From a virus (taxonomy: Duplodnaviria; Caudoviricetes), in IMG/VR virus record IMGVR_UViG_3300024259_000011: a stretch of DNA of 64,000 nt, one strand, 5' to 3'. The notes under the pieces were generated by a model. The model was not told where the DNA came from. It saw nothing but the letters and a program-made list of their open reading frames with translations, and made no database searches. Within the stretch, counting starts at the first letter, position 1, and each line of letters opens with the position of its first letter. The translations under genes were made by a program, and so were the position numbers. Below, piece by piece: positions 1 through 9,396 of the stretch.

Positions 1-3000
1 TGCCATTTTAATCGGCAAGGGCAAGCCACCGCCATCGGTATCTGTGTTGACTGAGGCAATCTCCATTGACGTTGATTGGCTCGATGCATCGAAGGAGAAG
101 CCATCGCCACCGGTGCCGATATCATGATACAGGGTCCAAAAAAGATTACGACATTCTTCCTTTGTAGAGGCGAAAGACATGTCGATTCCCGGGACGCTCA
201 CTTCTGTCATCATTGCGCTGTAGTTCCACAAGTTTGTAATAATATCATTTTGGCGGAAGCATTTCCTGAATAGGAAGTTCCAGTCATCTTCTTTCCTTAG
301 TTTCTTTTTCAAATCCTTCAGCTTGTTGTCTAATGCAACCTCAGCGTTTGTCCATGGTGTTTCATACGACGCGACCATGGCAGCGATTGCCTCATAGTCT
401 GGCGGGGTTGCTGTGATTGCGTCTCTATATCCTGTAGCCATGGCTTCCAAATCTGAAACTGCTGAAACTGCAGCGCGGGCTGCTCTCTCTAGACATTCCA
501 CGTCCCAAGGCTCACATTCCATGGCAGAGTCGGCAGCATCCATAGTGTCTCCCAAAGTCTCTTCAAGAGCGGCAGTGATGGGGTTCCCCGCAGAAATCGT
601 TGTTTCCACCAAAGGAATCGATATATTGTAAAAACGCTCTTGGAACGTACGAATAGCAGTTACATCTACCATTTCTGTTGTATCCTCTGCTTCTTCCTCG
701 ATCGCAGTTCCAGAGTCCGTTTCGCTAGAAGCTTCGGAATCTTCGCTTGCTGTGGTGGACGGCATAGGAACGCTGGCGTTCTCCTCGACGTTAAAGTTGA
801 CCCCTTCCAACTGCAGAAACGAACCTTGTGTTCTCGATATATCAGGGATCATCATGTCTCCAGTCGTTCCGAACATAGAGTTGAGTAATGTGACCATAGA
901 CTTCGATGCATCACCGCCCTCAACAAGATTGTTACCATCCTTGCCATTGGTCGGGTACATATAACTGAGCCGTAATCCGTAATGAGCTTCGGTTATTGTA
1001 TACGCTGTCAAAGCTGCAATAGCCATCATATCAGGCGTATCCGTGCTCACAGCAGCAATCAGCCTCTCAAGGAATTCTTGGAAGTTGCCGGGATGCCAGT
1101 ATTCATCTCCAACTTTAATAAACTTTTCTAGATAAAGACCGCCGCGAACCTCCGTTGTTGTCGGGTGGGATATCGGTGTAAAGTAAACAGCGTGTCCCGG
1201 GTAATGCCAGTTATTTGTGAGACTATAATAGACACTGTTAACCGTGTTTGAGCCGAATAAGGATGTTGTAGCATCTTCCGGGCTGATCTGTTGCCAGCGC
1301 GCTTCAAGGGTTATTGTGGCACCAGTAGGTAAGCCAGTGTCCGGATCGGTCTCTGGAAGTCCAGTTTCTGGATCCATTACTTGCGTTTCGCCACCGACGT
1401 ATTGTAAGTCTGTGCTGCTGAAGTCTGTTGCCGTAAAGCTGAACATCCTTGGCAGCGGAATGTTATCCGGAAGGAATGGGCTGATTCTCTCTCCCGCATT
1501 GATTGATGTCACATCCATCGGAGTCCAGATCAGGGTCTCTGGTGGCGTGTCCGTGTCTTCTTCCGATGTACCACTTTCAGGTGCTTCAGGATCTGCTGGG
1601 GCAGGTGCTGGACCGCTATAATATGTTTGGAAGCCATCGGTTGCGACTTCAGGTCTCGGATTCATAAGCAGCGTGGTCAGCAAATCAGCTTGAGAGAGCA
1701 TGCCAGATACATCCATATCGTCTGGAATGGGATACTCAGGCAGAGGGAGGACGGTTAGCCAGTCCTTCTGCATGCGCTTGGCGAGGTTTGGCGTAGAAGT
1801 TCCAAACTTTTCATTAAGGATTGGTGCCACGCTCACAAGATGTTTTTTAATCAGATACATCAGTCCATCTAAGCTATCGCAATCTGTTATCTCTTCGCCG
1901 GTCATAGGGTCGGTCAGTGGTTCGTCTTTACACTTGGCAGCTTCGCACATGGACCGAACATTTTCTTGAAGCTGTTCCATGAACGTTGCTGCGTAATTCG
2001 GGTCAAGCATATTCATTTCTTTATCAATCTTATCGGCAATCTGCTGCAAGAACACAGTATCAAAATCTTTTACATCGTATTCGGATAGCGGAAAAATGGA
2101 GCGAAGAAGCGCATCAATAACGTATACTCGAACGGTGACCTCAACACAGCCCATCAGTCCCGCCTGCTTGAGAGCATTTTTGCCTGTCTCTTTTTCCTTT
2201 ACCGGATCAACGCATGCCTGCATGAAAGCATCCTTGGTCGGCTTCTTTGCTGTATTCTCTAAGTCTAGAACACTCTTTGGCTTCTCGCCGCAAGAGTCGC
2301 GTGGTGACATGCTCGATGGCTCAATCTCCACCAACTTTAATGTTTCTGTGTCGAACAAATCTGTGTATGTAAGTTGAATCCCGGCACTTTGTATTACCTG
2401 ACCGATGATCTGCTGATAAACCTCTTTGAACCCGAAGCCCATGGGGGCGCCTTTGCTATCGAACCCAGTGTTCGCCCAAGAAGCCAGAGATGTTACATCG
2501 ACTCCTTCAACCACATTCGGGTGTTTAATAAACTTATCACGTACAAACTGCCTAAACAACTGATAGTGGACAGGAAGACCTGCTTCCCAATCAACACCAG
2601 CGGGACTAGTTTCTTCTTCAGCCACGATTTCGTCCGGAGGATCGCAGTCCTTCCCAAGTGGTGTCATCGAAGTTGAAGGAATGGTTGTCGTCGTTGTCGC
2701 CTTCGGGTTCCGTTTATCAGCGTCCTCTTGTGTCATTGGCTCTAACGACCAAGTGACAGTTGGCCAAGCATCGCCCAAGGGGGTCTCAGCGGTACCGCCG
2801 TATTGGAAATTCCATGAGAACTGTTTGTTCTCTGTGTCCCATGTATCGCTAACATAATCATAGCGTCTTAAAGAGTTATAAAGCACAGGGACTACAGAGC
2901 TACTGTTGCGAGTCTGCAGAACATGGATGTCATCTTGGAATAGTTTTTTCCAATCTTTAGTTTCCGAGATTCCTCGTACAATATCGATCTTATCCTTATA

Positions 3001-6000
3001 TTTGCCAGAGCCCCATTCGGTGCCGTCTGATTTTACTAGAGGATTCCCTTGCGCGAATAGCTGCTCAGCGAATCGACTGATGCCGGCATCGCCGCCGCCC
3101 ATATGAGTACCGGCTGCTTCCCAGAAAGGAATCGCTTCTTTGAGAACGGTGCCGGAAACCAGCATCTCTGGGTACATATCCGATTCCATCTTGAACATGA
3201 GATTGATTGGCTCATACATAAGATTTGTTGCCATTTCATTCATAAAGTTTAATGTCGGGATCTCGCTGTCTACTGGGAACAGGGATGGTTTGGGTGGGTC
3301 TTCGCCCGGGCAGCGTTCTTCGCAGTTCTTTTCTGGCCACATGGAGGGCACAATCGTTCCGCCATGACCATCGCCACCTAATGGATTAAACGGAGACATC
3401 AATTGTGAAAAATATTCGAGGGCTTCAACCTTGGCTAGCACCGCTTCATCAAATGCTTCTTTTGCCTCTTCTTCGGTACCCGGGTGATTCTTGAGGAACA
3501 TATCACGCCAATACGGTTCGGTATTGCAACATAACACTCTCAAATCTTTAACTGCTTGGAATCTGGGGAACTCAATCCTTGCCAGAATGTGCGGCTTGAT
3601 CTTCTCACCTAAGACTTCAAAAGTATCCGCGACCTTTGAGCAGTCGTCAAAAACAGTCATCATCCATGGACAGCCATCTCGCATGGTCTCTTCAATGTGG
3701 CTACATGTAGAAGGGGCGATCATGCCGCCAACTAACGCCTTGACTTCGTTCCTGTTAAGTTTTTTACTAATCATTCCAACTAGTTCAACCGGAGTACATG
3801 GTGGGTCGTCTTCGTCAAGTTCATATGGCTCGCCGCAACCCATTGTAATCTCTACGGTGGTATCAGTTGTAGTTATAATCTTTCCGTTTTCATCAACACC
3901 CATCTCATTGAAAGCCGCGTTGATAGCGTCTAACGCACCCAACTCACCCAAGCTTTCCGAAAGCATGTCGAGAATGTCAGCATCGCCGAAGCCTCCTGAT
4001 GCAGCGTCTTCAAGCAGAGAACGAAGGACTGACTTACCCATTTCAACGAGGGCTTGCTCGATGGCGCCCTTAACACTGTCCTGCATGCCCTTGAACATCA
4101 TTCCCATCAAGTCACCTGTTGGAATGTTATCCGGCAGAGTGATTGTTGGAATCTCAAACTTTTCAGCCATGCCAGCAACAGAGCCGCCACTTAAGCCGCC
4201 GCCAGTTGAACCGGGACCGCCACCGGGCATGCCGCCGCCCGGGAGTGCAGTAGAGGGAGCCTCAACTGAGCCTCCGCCTCCGCCTCCAGCAGAGCCTCCG
4301 CCACCGCCAAAGCCGCCACCGCCTCCAAAACCTCCGCCGCCGCCCATGCTTGGCAAGGACGGAACATTCAGTTCTGGCATGGAGGGTGCTGCAGCCATAA
4401 GCGCGTCAATCTTAATCTGGATTGCTGGAATCTCGGAGATCATTGCAGGAGTTAGGTCGCCGGCGGACATTGCAATCTTAAGAATATCAGCTAGCTGCTC
4501 GATCATCGGGTTCAGTCCAAGCTTGTCAATAATAAATCTGAACAGAGCTAACATGATTTTCTTGGCATCTACGCCGTTGCCTTCGCCGCCGGGGATGGAA
4601 TCCATATTAAGAAGGTTTTGTGAGAAGCCATCAAGCTCACCAAGAGCGCCAGAGACGGTGGGGAGGTTCCCGAACATTAAGTCGAACAATGTTTCAAAAA
4701 GCTGCGGCACGTCACAAAGAAGCGACAAGTTGTCAGCGGTAATTCCGGGGGGCAGAAGGTCAGGGAAGTTGGGAATCTCTGGTAGTTTCTCCAAAAGGTT
4801 TGGCATGTCAAACAGATCGAAGGTCTCGTCACCGTTAGGACCAGCGATTGGGAGCGGGAAGCTCATTCCGCCGTAGCCGAAATCGGGCAGCCCGTAAAGT
4901 TTAATAAGTCCACAGCCAACCTTCGGTCGGAACACAGCAGTAGGTAAGGTGATATCCGCGAGGTTAATCTCGTAGCCGCCATCCAAGCCGATTCTTCCGC
5001 CCTCAATTGGGTCCGGACCATTTAGTTCGTTGAGCGCATCCATTAGGGCATCAATTTTATCTATAATGACACACCATTCGTGAACGCTCGTAAAGTCTGT
5101 GTCTGCCAGATCTTCGCAGGCTGCGATAACTACGGACAAATCTTGTCCAGTTTCTGTCATGTACCCTGTTAGCTGGTCTTTCATTGCTGCAAAGTTGGGA
5201 ACCTCCATAACAGCAGAGGCATCTGAGCCTTCTGTGGTTTTAGTCCACCATTCTTGCGGCATTGTTGCAAGAGTTTGCCAGCCAAGCCCAGAGACCTCGC
5301 TTACAGATACATCCATGTCGCAGGTGGGCAAAGGTACCTGTGTACCGCTAGCGTCCCATTCTGGGATGTTCGGCAATGAGCTATTCGGGATGGTTGGTGG
5401 AGTGAGACCATCGCCTTCTGGGATGGACATTGAAGCATCCGTGCCCCAGTCTAGCCCTTCCAACTTTGCTCTAAACTTGCTGAAGGCTCCTCCTCCGCCG
5501 GCGATGGCAAGAGCGAAGTTACTCAGAAGAAAGCCGCTCATTGCTTCGGCAAAAATACGGCGCCAATCATCTAGAAACTCGCCAAACTTAAGATCGCCCA
5601 GTTCTATTTCCGGCAGGGATGCTGCGGGGAAGTCGGGATTCAGGTCAGATAGTGACAGCCCGGGCAAGCCTCCGGTGGGCAATGATCCAATTGCCTCTAT
5701 AATCACCTCAATACCACCGGGAAATTCTAGTTCGGAAAATGATTCGGCAAACTTAATGTTTGGCATTTGAATCCCGCCGGGGGATGAGCCCAAATCGGGC
5801 ATCGCAAACTGAGGGAAGTTCAGATCGGGGGCGCAAGCCGCAAGGTTAGGACCGCCGGGTAGGGCGGGGAAGCCGGGAATATTGCCCAACTCTGGTCCGT
5901 GAACATCCCAATCGGTAATGTTAATGAACTCACCATCAGGAAGTCGGATATTAAGGTTTGGCGCCGATGGCTGAAGTAAAGACCAATCAATCTCGCCGAG

Positions 6001-8433
6001 ACGAGTGATATCAATCGGAAAGCCAGTAAGAGGTATCATAAACGGCATCAAGAATGCGCCGATCATCAATTCGATGTCCTTGACATAGCAAGACAGATCG
6101 ATAGTCGGGGGCTCAAAGCTGAAAGTGGGAACGCCGCCGACAGCAATGTTTTTAATCATTAACTTGAGGTCATCACATGTCAGGTTGGCAAGCATATCTT
6201 CAATCGAAGCCTGTACCGATTCCTCTAGTTCTTCTAAGTCTTCATCGACAGAGGTTTCTAACTCAGCCTCCGTAGCAGTTCCGCAAACTTCTGGAAGCAA
6301 TGAGTTAAACTCATCCAGCTTGTCTTGTAAGAAGTCCATCTGTTCGCCAACCTGATCAATGATCGGCTGAAGGTGGTTGAACTCAATGCCCATGCCCACA
6401 ATAAGTTGAATCAGGTCATCGCAAGAAACATCCAAATTGTCGAATAATCCATCCAACAAGTTAGCAAAAATGTCATCTGGCAACTGCATCAAGAACTGTT
6501 TAATAAGGGCGTCGATGGAAAACTGTCCAAGTGCTGCCTTCAGCATCGCAGCATAGATGTTATCCAGCCCAAGTTCTGCCATAAGTTTTGCCATGGCAGC
6601 TTCAATCAACTTGGGAATAGAGATTTTCTGCAGCAGTTCGGCAAAAACATCGTCCAAAGAATTAATCTTGTCCAGAACATCTGGCAAGTTGGCAATGATA
6701 TTGTCGCCTGACGGAAGAACAATGTCGGCTCGCGCCAATGCCATATTTGCTAAGAAGCTTGGATCACCTAGTTTAAGGTTCTCAAAATCAATATCCTTTG
6801 GTCCCTTGATCGGCAAAGAGTTAAACTGGTTCGCAATGTTACCTAAGTCGCCTAAGTTCGGAATATTGCCCAAGCCACTTGGCGGGGTAGGTAAGATCAT
6901 CAAAGGCGGAAATGTGTATTTAGTAAGGTATTCCATCCATGGAGGAGTCATGCTCGACCATTGCGGCTTTTTAGCATCACTAAACATGTTATTGCCTTGC
7001 AGAATATAATGCATCAACCGATCTAGGGACGCGGGTTCGTTGGCGGCAAACTGGTTGAAGCTAATATTTTGCGGCATGCCGAGTCCTGTATCGTCTGGAT
7101 AAACAATACAATGCACCGGGTTGAAGGCACCATCTGTACCGATTTCAATAATATCTTCGTGGTCTGGTCTGAGTGGCTGTCCGTTCTTCTGCATGAGACC
7201 TTTCAAGGCGGGCAGGAACTTACGAATACGATTTCCTTGCTTCTTTGCCGAGAACTTGTTTGAGCCGCGAATCGTACCCGGAAACATGTCTACATACATC
7301 TGGATCTTATCCATCGTGTCTGCAACCTTTTTCAGCTTTTTCTCGATTGTGTTAGACTGATACATCACCGTGCGGTGACCGGTCTGCATTTCGGTGGTAG
7401 TACTGTATGACCTCACCATTCGGGGCAAGGCAAGAAGATGTGCCATGTTTACGGAAACTAGCGCCTTGACTGAAACCCCGGGTCTGTCGGATTGAAAAGT
7501 CTTTTCTACTTTTGCAAACTTATAAAGGTCGTCTTGCAAATGTGCAATTGCATTATCCAAGGTCCGGACATCGTATCCTTTTGGGGACCGGTCAAAATAG
7601 ACCAACATTTGCTTAATGCCAACTCTGATGGCGGTCTCATTAAGCATATCCATGACTTCAAGATTTTTGTGACCGGTGTTCACCATGGTCCTGTATTGAA
7701 GTCGTTTCTTGTCAAGCCACGGTTCGCAAGCCTGCATGGTATACCATGGAGAGCCTAATCGCCAACTGCGCTTCTTTGCCTGATTGTGATTTTTGTAGTT
7801 AGGTGACGGAAGTGTGGTGCCACCTTCCCAGCACATATCGCCATATTTCAAGCGATGCAAATGCTGGCGGCGAACGTATCCTACGACCTTATAAAGATCA
7901 ACATTGCGCTCTAGATCTTGGATTCTTACCTTACACCATTTACAATCAGGACCGATTGCTTCATCCAGCAAAGTTACAATAGTAAGGTGATCCACTTCCC
8001 CCAAGACCACTGAGGTGTCAGTCATAAACTTACGCAGCTTAATCGTAGCCCAGCCGGGTTCACCGCCGGCAAGTGTCTTTGGCTCCAGCTTAAAATAGTG
8101 AGTACCAATTGTGCTCTCTTCAAACGAGCCGGCGACCGGGCGCCCTTCATCAAACTGCTTTGTTACACACTCCTCTACAACGCAGTCTGCCAAATCCTCA
8201 TCAGAATATCTCTGGGGTGGCGGAGCTTTGGGCTGAGGATCTTCTGTAATCATTGATACAGAAGACATCATCGGAGAAACTGGAGAGTGCCATGGACCGC
8301 TGACCGTAAACACCTCAACGGCGCTGGTCGCCAATGCCGCAGAAGCCTCGTCGCGTTCTGCCTCAGACAAAGCACTGTCAGTCGATGCTATAAACAGCGC
8401 TTTTCTAGTTTCAATTTCTTCGTCAGTTGCCAT
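1..8433 (-). CDS. Giant putative virion protein, >=2811 aa, 3'-truncated by the window edge
   Basis: ATG at 8431-8433 (MATDEEIETRKALF...). No stop was found in this frame in any line checked down to base 1 (most, not all, lines were read). It has Gly-rich (~4180-4350) and Pro/Leu-rich (~5250-5960) tracts and follows the spike and hub genes. It is absent from the ORF track because the stop lies outside the window. Confidence 0.85.
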   Translation of the reverse strand, partial: MATDEEIETRKALFIASTDSALSEAERDEASAALATSAVEVFTVSGPWHSPVSPMMSSVSMITEDPQPKAPPPQRYSDEDLADCVVEECVTKQFDEGRPVAGSFEESTIGTHYFKLEPKTLAGGEPGWATIKLRKFMTDTSVVLGEVDHLTIVTLLDEAIGPDCKWCKVRIQDLERNVDLYKVVGYVRRQHLHRLKYGDMCWEGGTTLPSPNYKNHNQAKKRSWRLGSPWYTMQACEPWLDKKRLQYRTMVNTGHKNLEVMDMLNETAIRVGIKQMLVYFDRSPKGYDVRTLDNAIAHLQDDLYKFAKVEKTFQSDRPGVSVKALVSVNMAHLLALPRMVRSYSTTTEMQTGHRTVMYQSNTIEKKLKKVADTMDKIQMYVDMFPGTIRGSNKFSAKKQGNRIRKFLPALKGLMQKNGQPLRPDHEDIIEIGTDGAFNPVHCIVYPDDTGLGMPQNISFNQFAANEPASLDRLMHYILQGNNMFSDAKKPQWSSMTPPWMEYLTKYTFPPLMILPTPPSGLGNIPNLGDLGNIANQFNSLPIKGPKDIDFENLKLGDPSFLANMALARADIVLPSGDNIIANLPDVLDKINSLDDVFAELLQKISIPKLIEAAMAKLMAELGLDNIYAAMLKAALGQFSIDALIKQFLMQLPDDIFANLLDGLFDNLDVSCDDLIQLIVGMGIEFNHLQPIIDQVGEQMDFLQDKLDEFNSLLPEVCGTATEAELETSVDEDLEELEESVQASIEDMLANLTCDDLKLMIKNIAVGGVPTFSFEPPTIDLSCYVKDIELMIGAFLMPFMIPLTGFPIDITRLGEIDWSLLQPSAPNLNIRLPDGEFINITDWDVHGPELGNIPGFPALPGGPNLAACAPDLNFPQFAMPDLGSSPGGIQMPNIKFAESFSELEFPGGIEVIIEAIGSLPTGGLPGLSLSDLNPDFPAASLPEIELGDLKFGEFLDDWRRIFAEAMSGFLLSNFALAIAGGGGAFSKFRAKLEGLDWGTDASMSIPEGDGLTPPTIPNSSLPNIPEWDASGTQVPLPTCDMDVSVSEVSGLGWQTLATMPQEWWTKTTEGSDASAVMEVPNFAAMKDQLTGYMTETGQDLSVVIAACEDLADTDFTSVHEWCVIIDKIDALMDALNELNGPDPIEGGRIGLDGGYEINLADITLPTAVFRPKVGCGLIKLYGLPDFGYGGMSFPLPIAGPNGDETFDLFDMPNLLEKLPEIPNFPDLLPPGITADNLSLLCDVPQLFETLFDLMFGNLPTVSGALGELDGFSQNLLNMDSIPGGEGNGVDAKKIMLALFRFIIDKLGLNPMIEQLADILKIAMSAGDLTPAMISEIPAIQIKIDALMAAAPSMPELNVPSLPSMGGGGGFGGGGGFGGGGGSAGGGGGGSVEAPSTALPGGGMPGGGPGSTGGGLSGGSVAGMAEKFEIPTITLPDNIPTGDLMGMMFKGMQDSVKGAIEQALVEMGKSVLRSLLEDAASGGFGDADILDMLSESLGELGALDAINAAFNEMGVDENGKIITTTDTTVEITMGCGEPYELDEDDPPCTPVELVGMISKKLNRNEVKALVGGMIAPSTCSHIEETMRDGCPWMMTVFDDCSKVADTFEVLGEKIKPHILARIEFPRFQAVKDLRVLCCNTEPYWRDMFLKNHPGTEEEAKEAFDEAVLAKVEALEYFSQLMSPFNPLGGDGHGGTIVPSMWPEKNCEERCPGEDPPKPSLFPVDSEIPTLNFMNEMATNLMYEPINLMFKMESDMYPEMLVSGTVLKEAIPFWEAAGTHMGGGDAGISRFAEQLFAQGNPLVKSDGTEWGSGKYKDKIDIVRGISETKDWKKLFQDDIHVLQTRNSSSVVPVLYNSLRRYDYVSDTWDTENKQFSWNFQYGGTAETPLGDAWPTVTWSLEPMTQEDADKRNPKATTTTTIPSTSMTPLGKDCDPPDEIVAEEETSPAGVDWEAGLPVHYQLFRQFVRDKFIKHPNVVEGVDVTSLASWANTGFDSKGAPMGFGFKEVYQQIIGQVIQSAGIQLTYTDLFDTETLKLVEIEPSSMSPRDSCGEKPKSVLDLENTAKKPTKDAFMQACVDPVKEKETGKNALKQAGLMGCVEVTVRVYVIDALLRSIFPLSEYDVKDFDTVFLQQIADKIDKEMNMLDPNYAATFMEQLQENVRSMCEAAKCKDEPLTDPMTGEEITDCDSLDGLMYLIKKHLVSVAPILNEKFGTSTPNLAKRMQKDWLTVLPLPEYPIPDDMDVSGMLSQADLLTTLLMNPRPEVATDGFQTYYSGPAPAPADPEAPESGTSEEDTDTPPETLIWTPMDVTSINAGERISPFLPDNIPLPRMFSFTATDFSSTDLQYVGGETQVMDPETGLPETDPDTGLPTGATITLEARWQQISPEDATTSLFGSNTVNSVYYSLTNNWHYPGHAVYFTPISHPTTTEVRGGLYLEKFIKVGDEYWHPGNFQEFLERLIAAVSTDTPDMMAIAALTAYTITEAHYGLRLSYMYPTNGKDGNNLVEGGDASKSMVTLLNSMFGTTGDMMIPDISRTQGSFLQLEGVNFNVEENASVPMPSTTASEDSEASSETDSGTAIEEEAEDTTEMVDVTAIRTFQERFYNISIPLVETTISAGNPITAALEETLGDTMDAADSAMECEPWDVECLERAARAAVSAVSDLEAMATGYRDAITATPPDYEAIAAMVASYETPWTNAEVALDNKLKDLKKKLRKEDDWNFLFRKCFRQNDIITNLWNYSAMMTEVSVPGIDMSFASTKEECRNLFWTLYHDIGTGGDGFSFDASSQSTSMEIASVNTDTDGGGLPLPIKMA

Positions 8434-8447
8434 GAAGTTTCCTCACA

Positions 8448-9380
8448 TCAGTTAGTGTTGTTGTAACGACTGTTGATGTATTTTCCTCCTGCTACGCTAA
8501 AGTACGTTTGCTTGAACATTACTAAGTTTGCTCTTTGTGTCATTAGGGAACGTTTTGTGTCTGCCAAACAATCAATAACGTTTTGAATACCCGAAGTCAT
8601 CGCCGGTGGTGATGGGGAAGTTGGGGCTCCGAAAAATGGAGAATGATGGAAATGAGTAGCGAGTGCTGTATTATACTTCATTTGATACATCAAGAAGTTA
8701 TCCATAATGCCGATTAGCTTATCTACATGATCCGTAAGTCTAACTAGTGCTTCCTCAAGGTTGTTGCCCAAAGGAATTGGCTGGAGTTTTTCATCATCGT
8801 TTCCGGCAATCAGGTCGATTCCGTTGATTGCATCAACAGCACCGCCTTGCGAGTTTTTCATGTCCGTCTTGGTTACAAGCTTAATACCTTCGCGTGCCAT
8901 GATTCTGATCCCATCTGCCTTCATACCAATCGCAGACTTTGCCGATGAGTTTCCGACATTGCCATCTGCTAACCCAAAGTTGGCATCGATGTCAGTCTTC
9001 TGGCTCATATAAATTCTAGCGGCGTCAAGCTTAAAGTTTGGATCGGCGCTCATAGCTTCGCCTTGCGCTGTAACTGTAGCGGCGTGGTTCGCCATGCGTC
9101 CAGCTACCATGTCAATAGAAGCGCAGTGAGTGTCACCAGACCCGCCATAACCACTCAAACGAGAGCCCGGGCGGTCGCGACCGAGTACAATGTTAGCGTT
9201 TGTTGTGCTAGCTATCACATTTTCAGTATCAGTTGCGATAAATCTGGGGTTAGGCTCAGCCACCTTGCTGCCGCCGATTCCTCGTCCAGCGCCTCGATTT
9301 GTGGCACCCGGGTCGGAAGCCAGATTTTTCTTAACTGTGGGGTGTAGACCTGATGTGTCTACTGCTTTTTTCTTCGCCAT
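8448..9380 (-). CDS. Putative baseplate central spike (gp5/gpV-like) protein
   Basis: Beta-rich middle region and a C-terminal H-x-H motif (THFHHSP) like metal-binding spike tips; adjacent to the hub/lysin gene. Confidence 0.5.
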   Translation of the reverse strand: MAKKKAVDTSGLHPTVKKNLASDPGATNRGAGRGIGGSKVAEPNPRFIATDTENVIASTTNANIVLGRDRPGSRLSGYGGSGDTHCASIDMVAGRMANHAATVTAQGEAMSADPNFKLDAARIYMSQKTDIDANFGLADGNVGNSSAKSAIGMKADGIRIMAREGIKLVTKTDMKNSQGGAVDAINGIDLIAGNDDEKLQPIPLGNNLEEALVRLTDHVDKLIGIMDNFLMYQMKYNTALATHFHHSPFFGAPTSPSPPAMTSGIQNVIDCLADTKRSLMTQRANLVMFKQTYFSVAGGKYINSRYNNTN

Positions 9381-9396
9381 TTGTTATCCTATTGTG

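Noticed and set aside
3491-4876. 461-aa Pro-rich plus-strand ORF and other plus-strand ORFs in 76-7758
   Set aside because: They are antisense shadows of the Gly-rich giant minus-strand ORF, with no SD or domain support.
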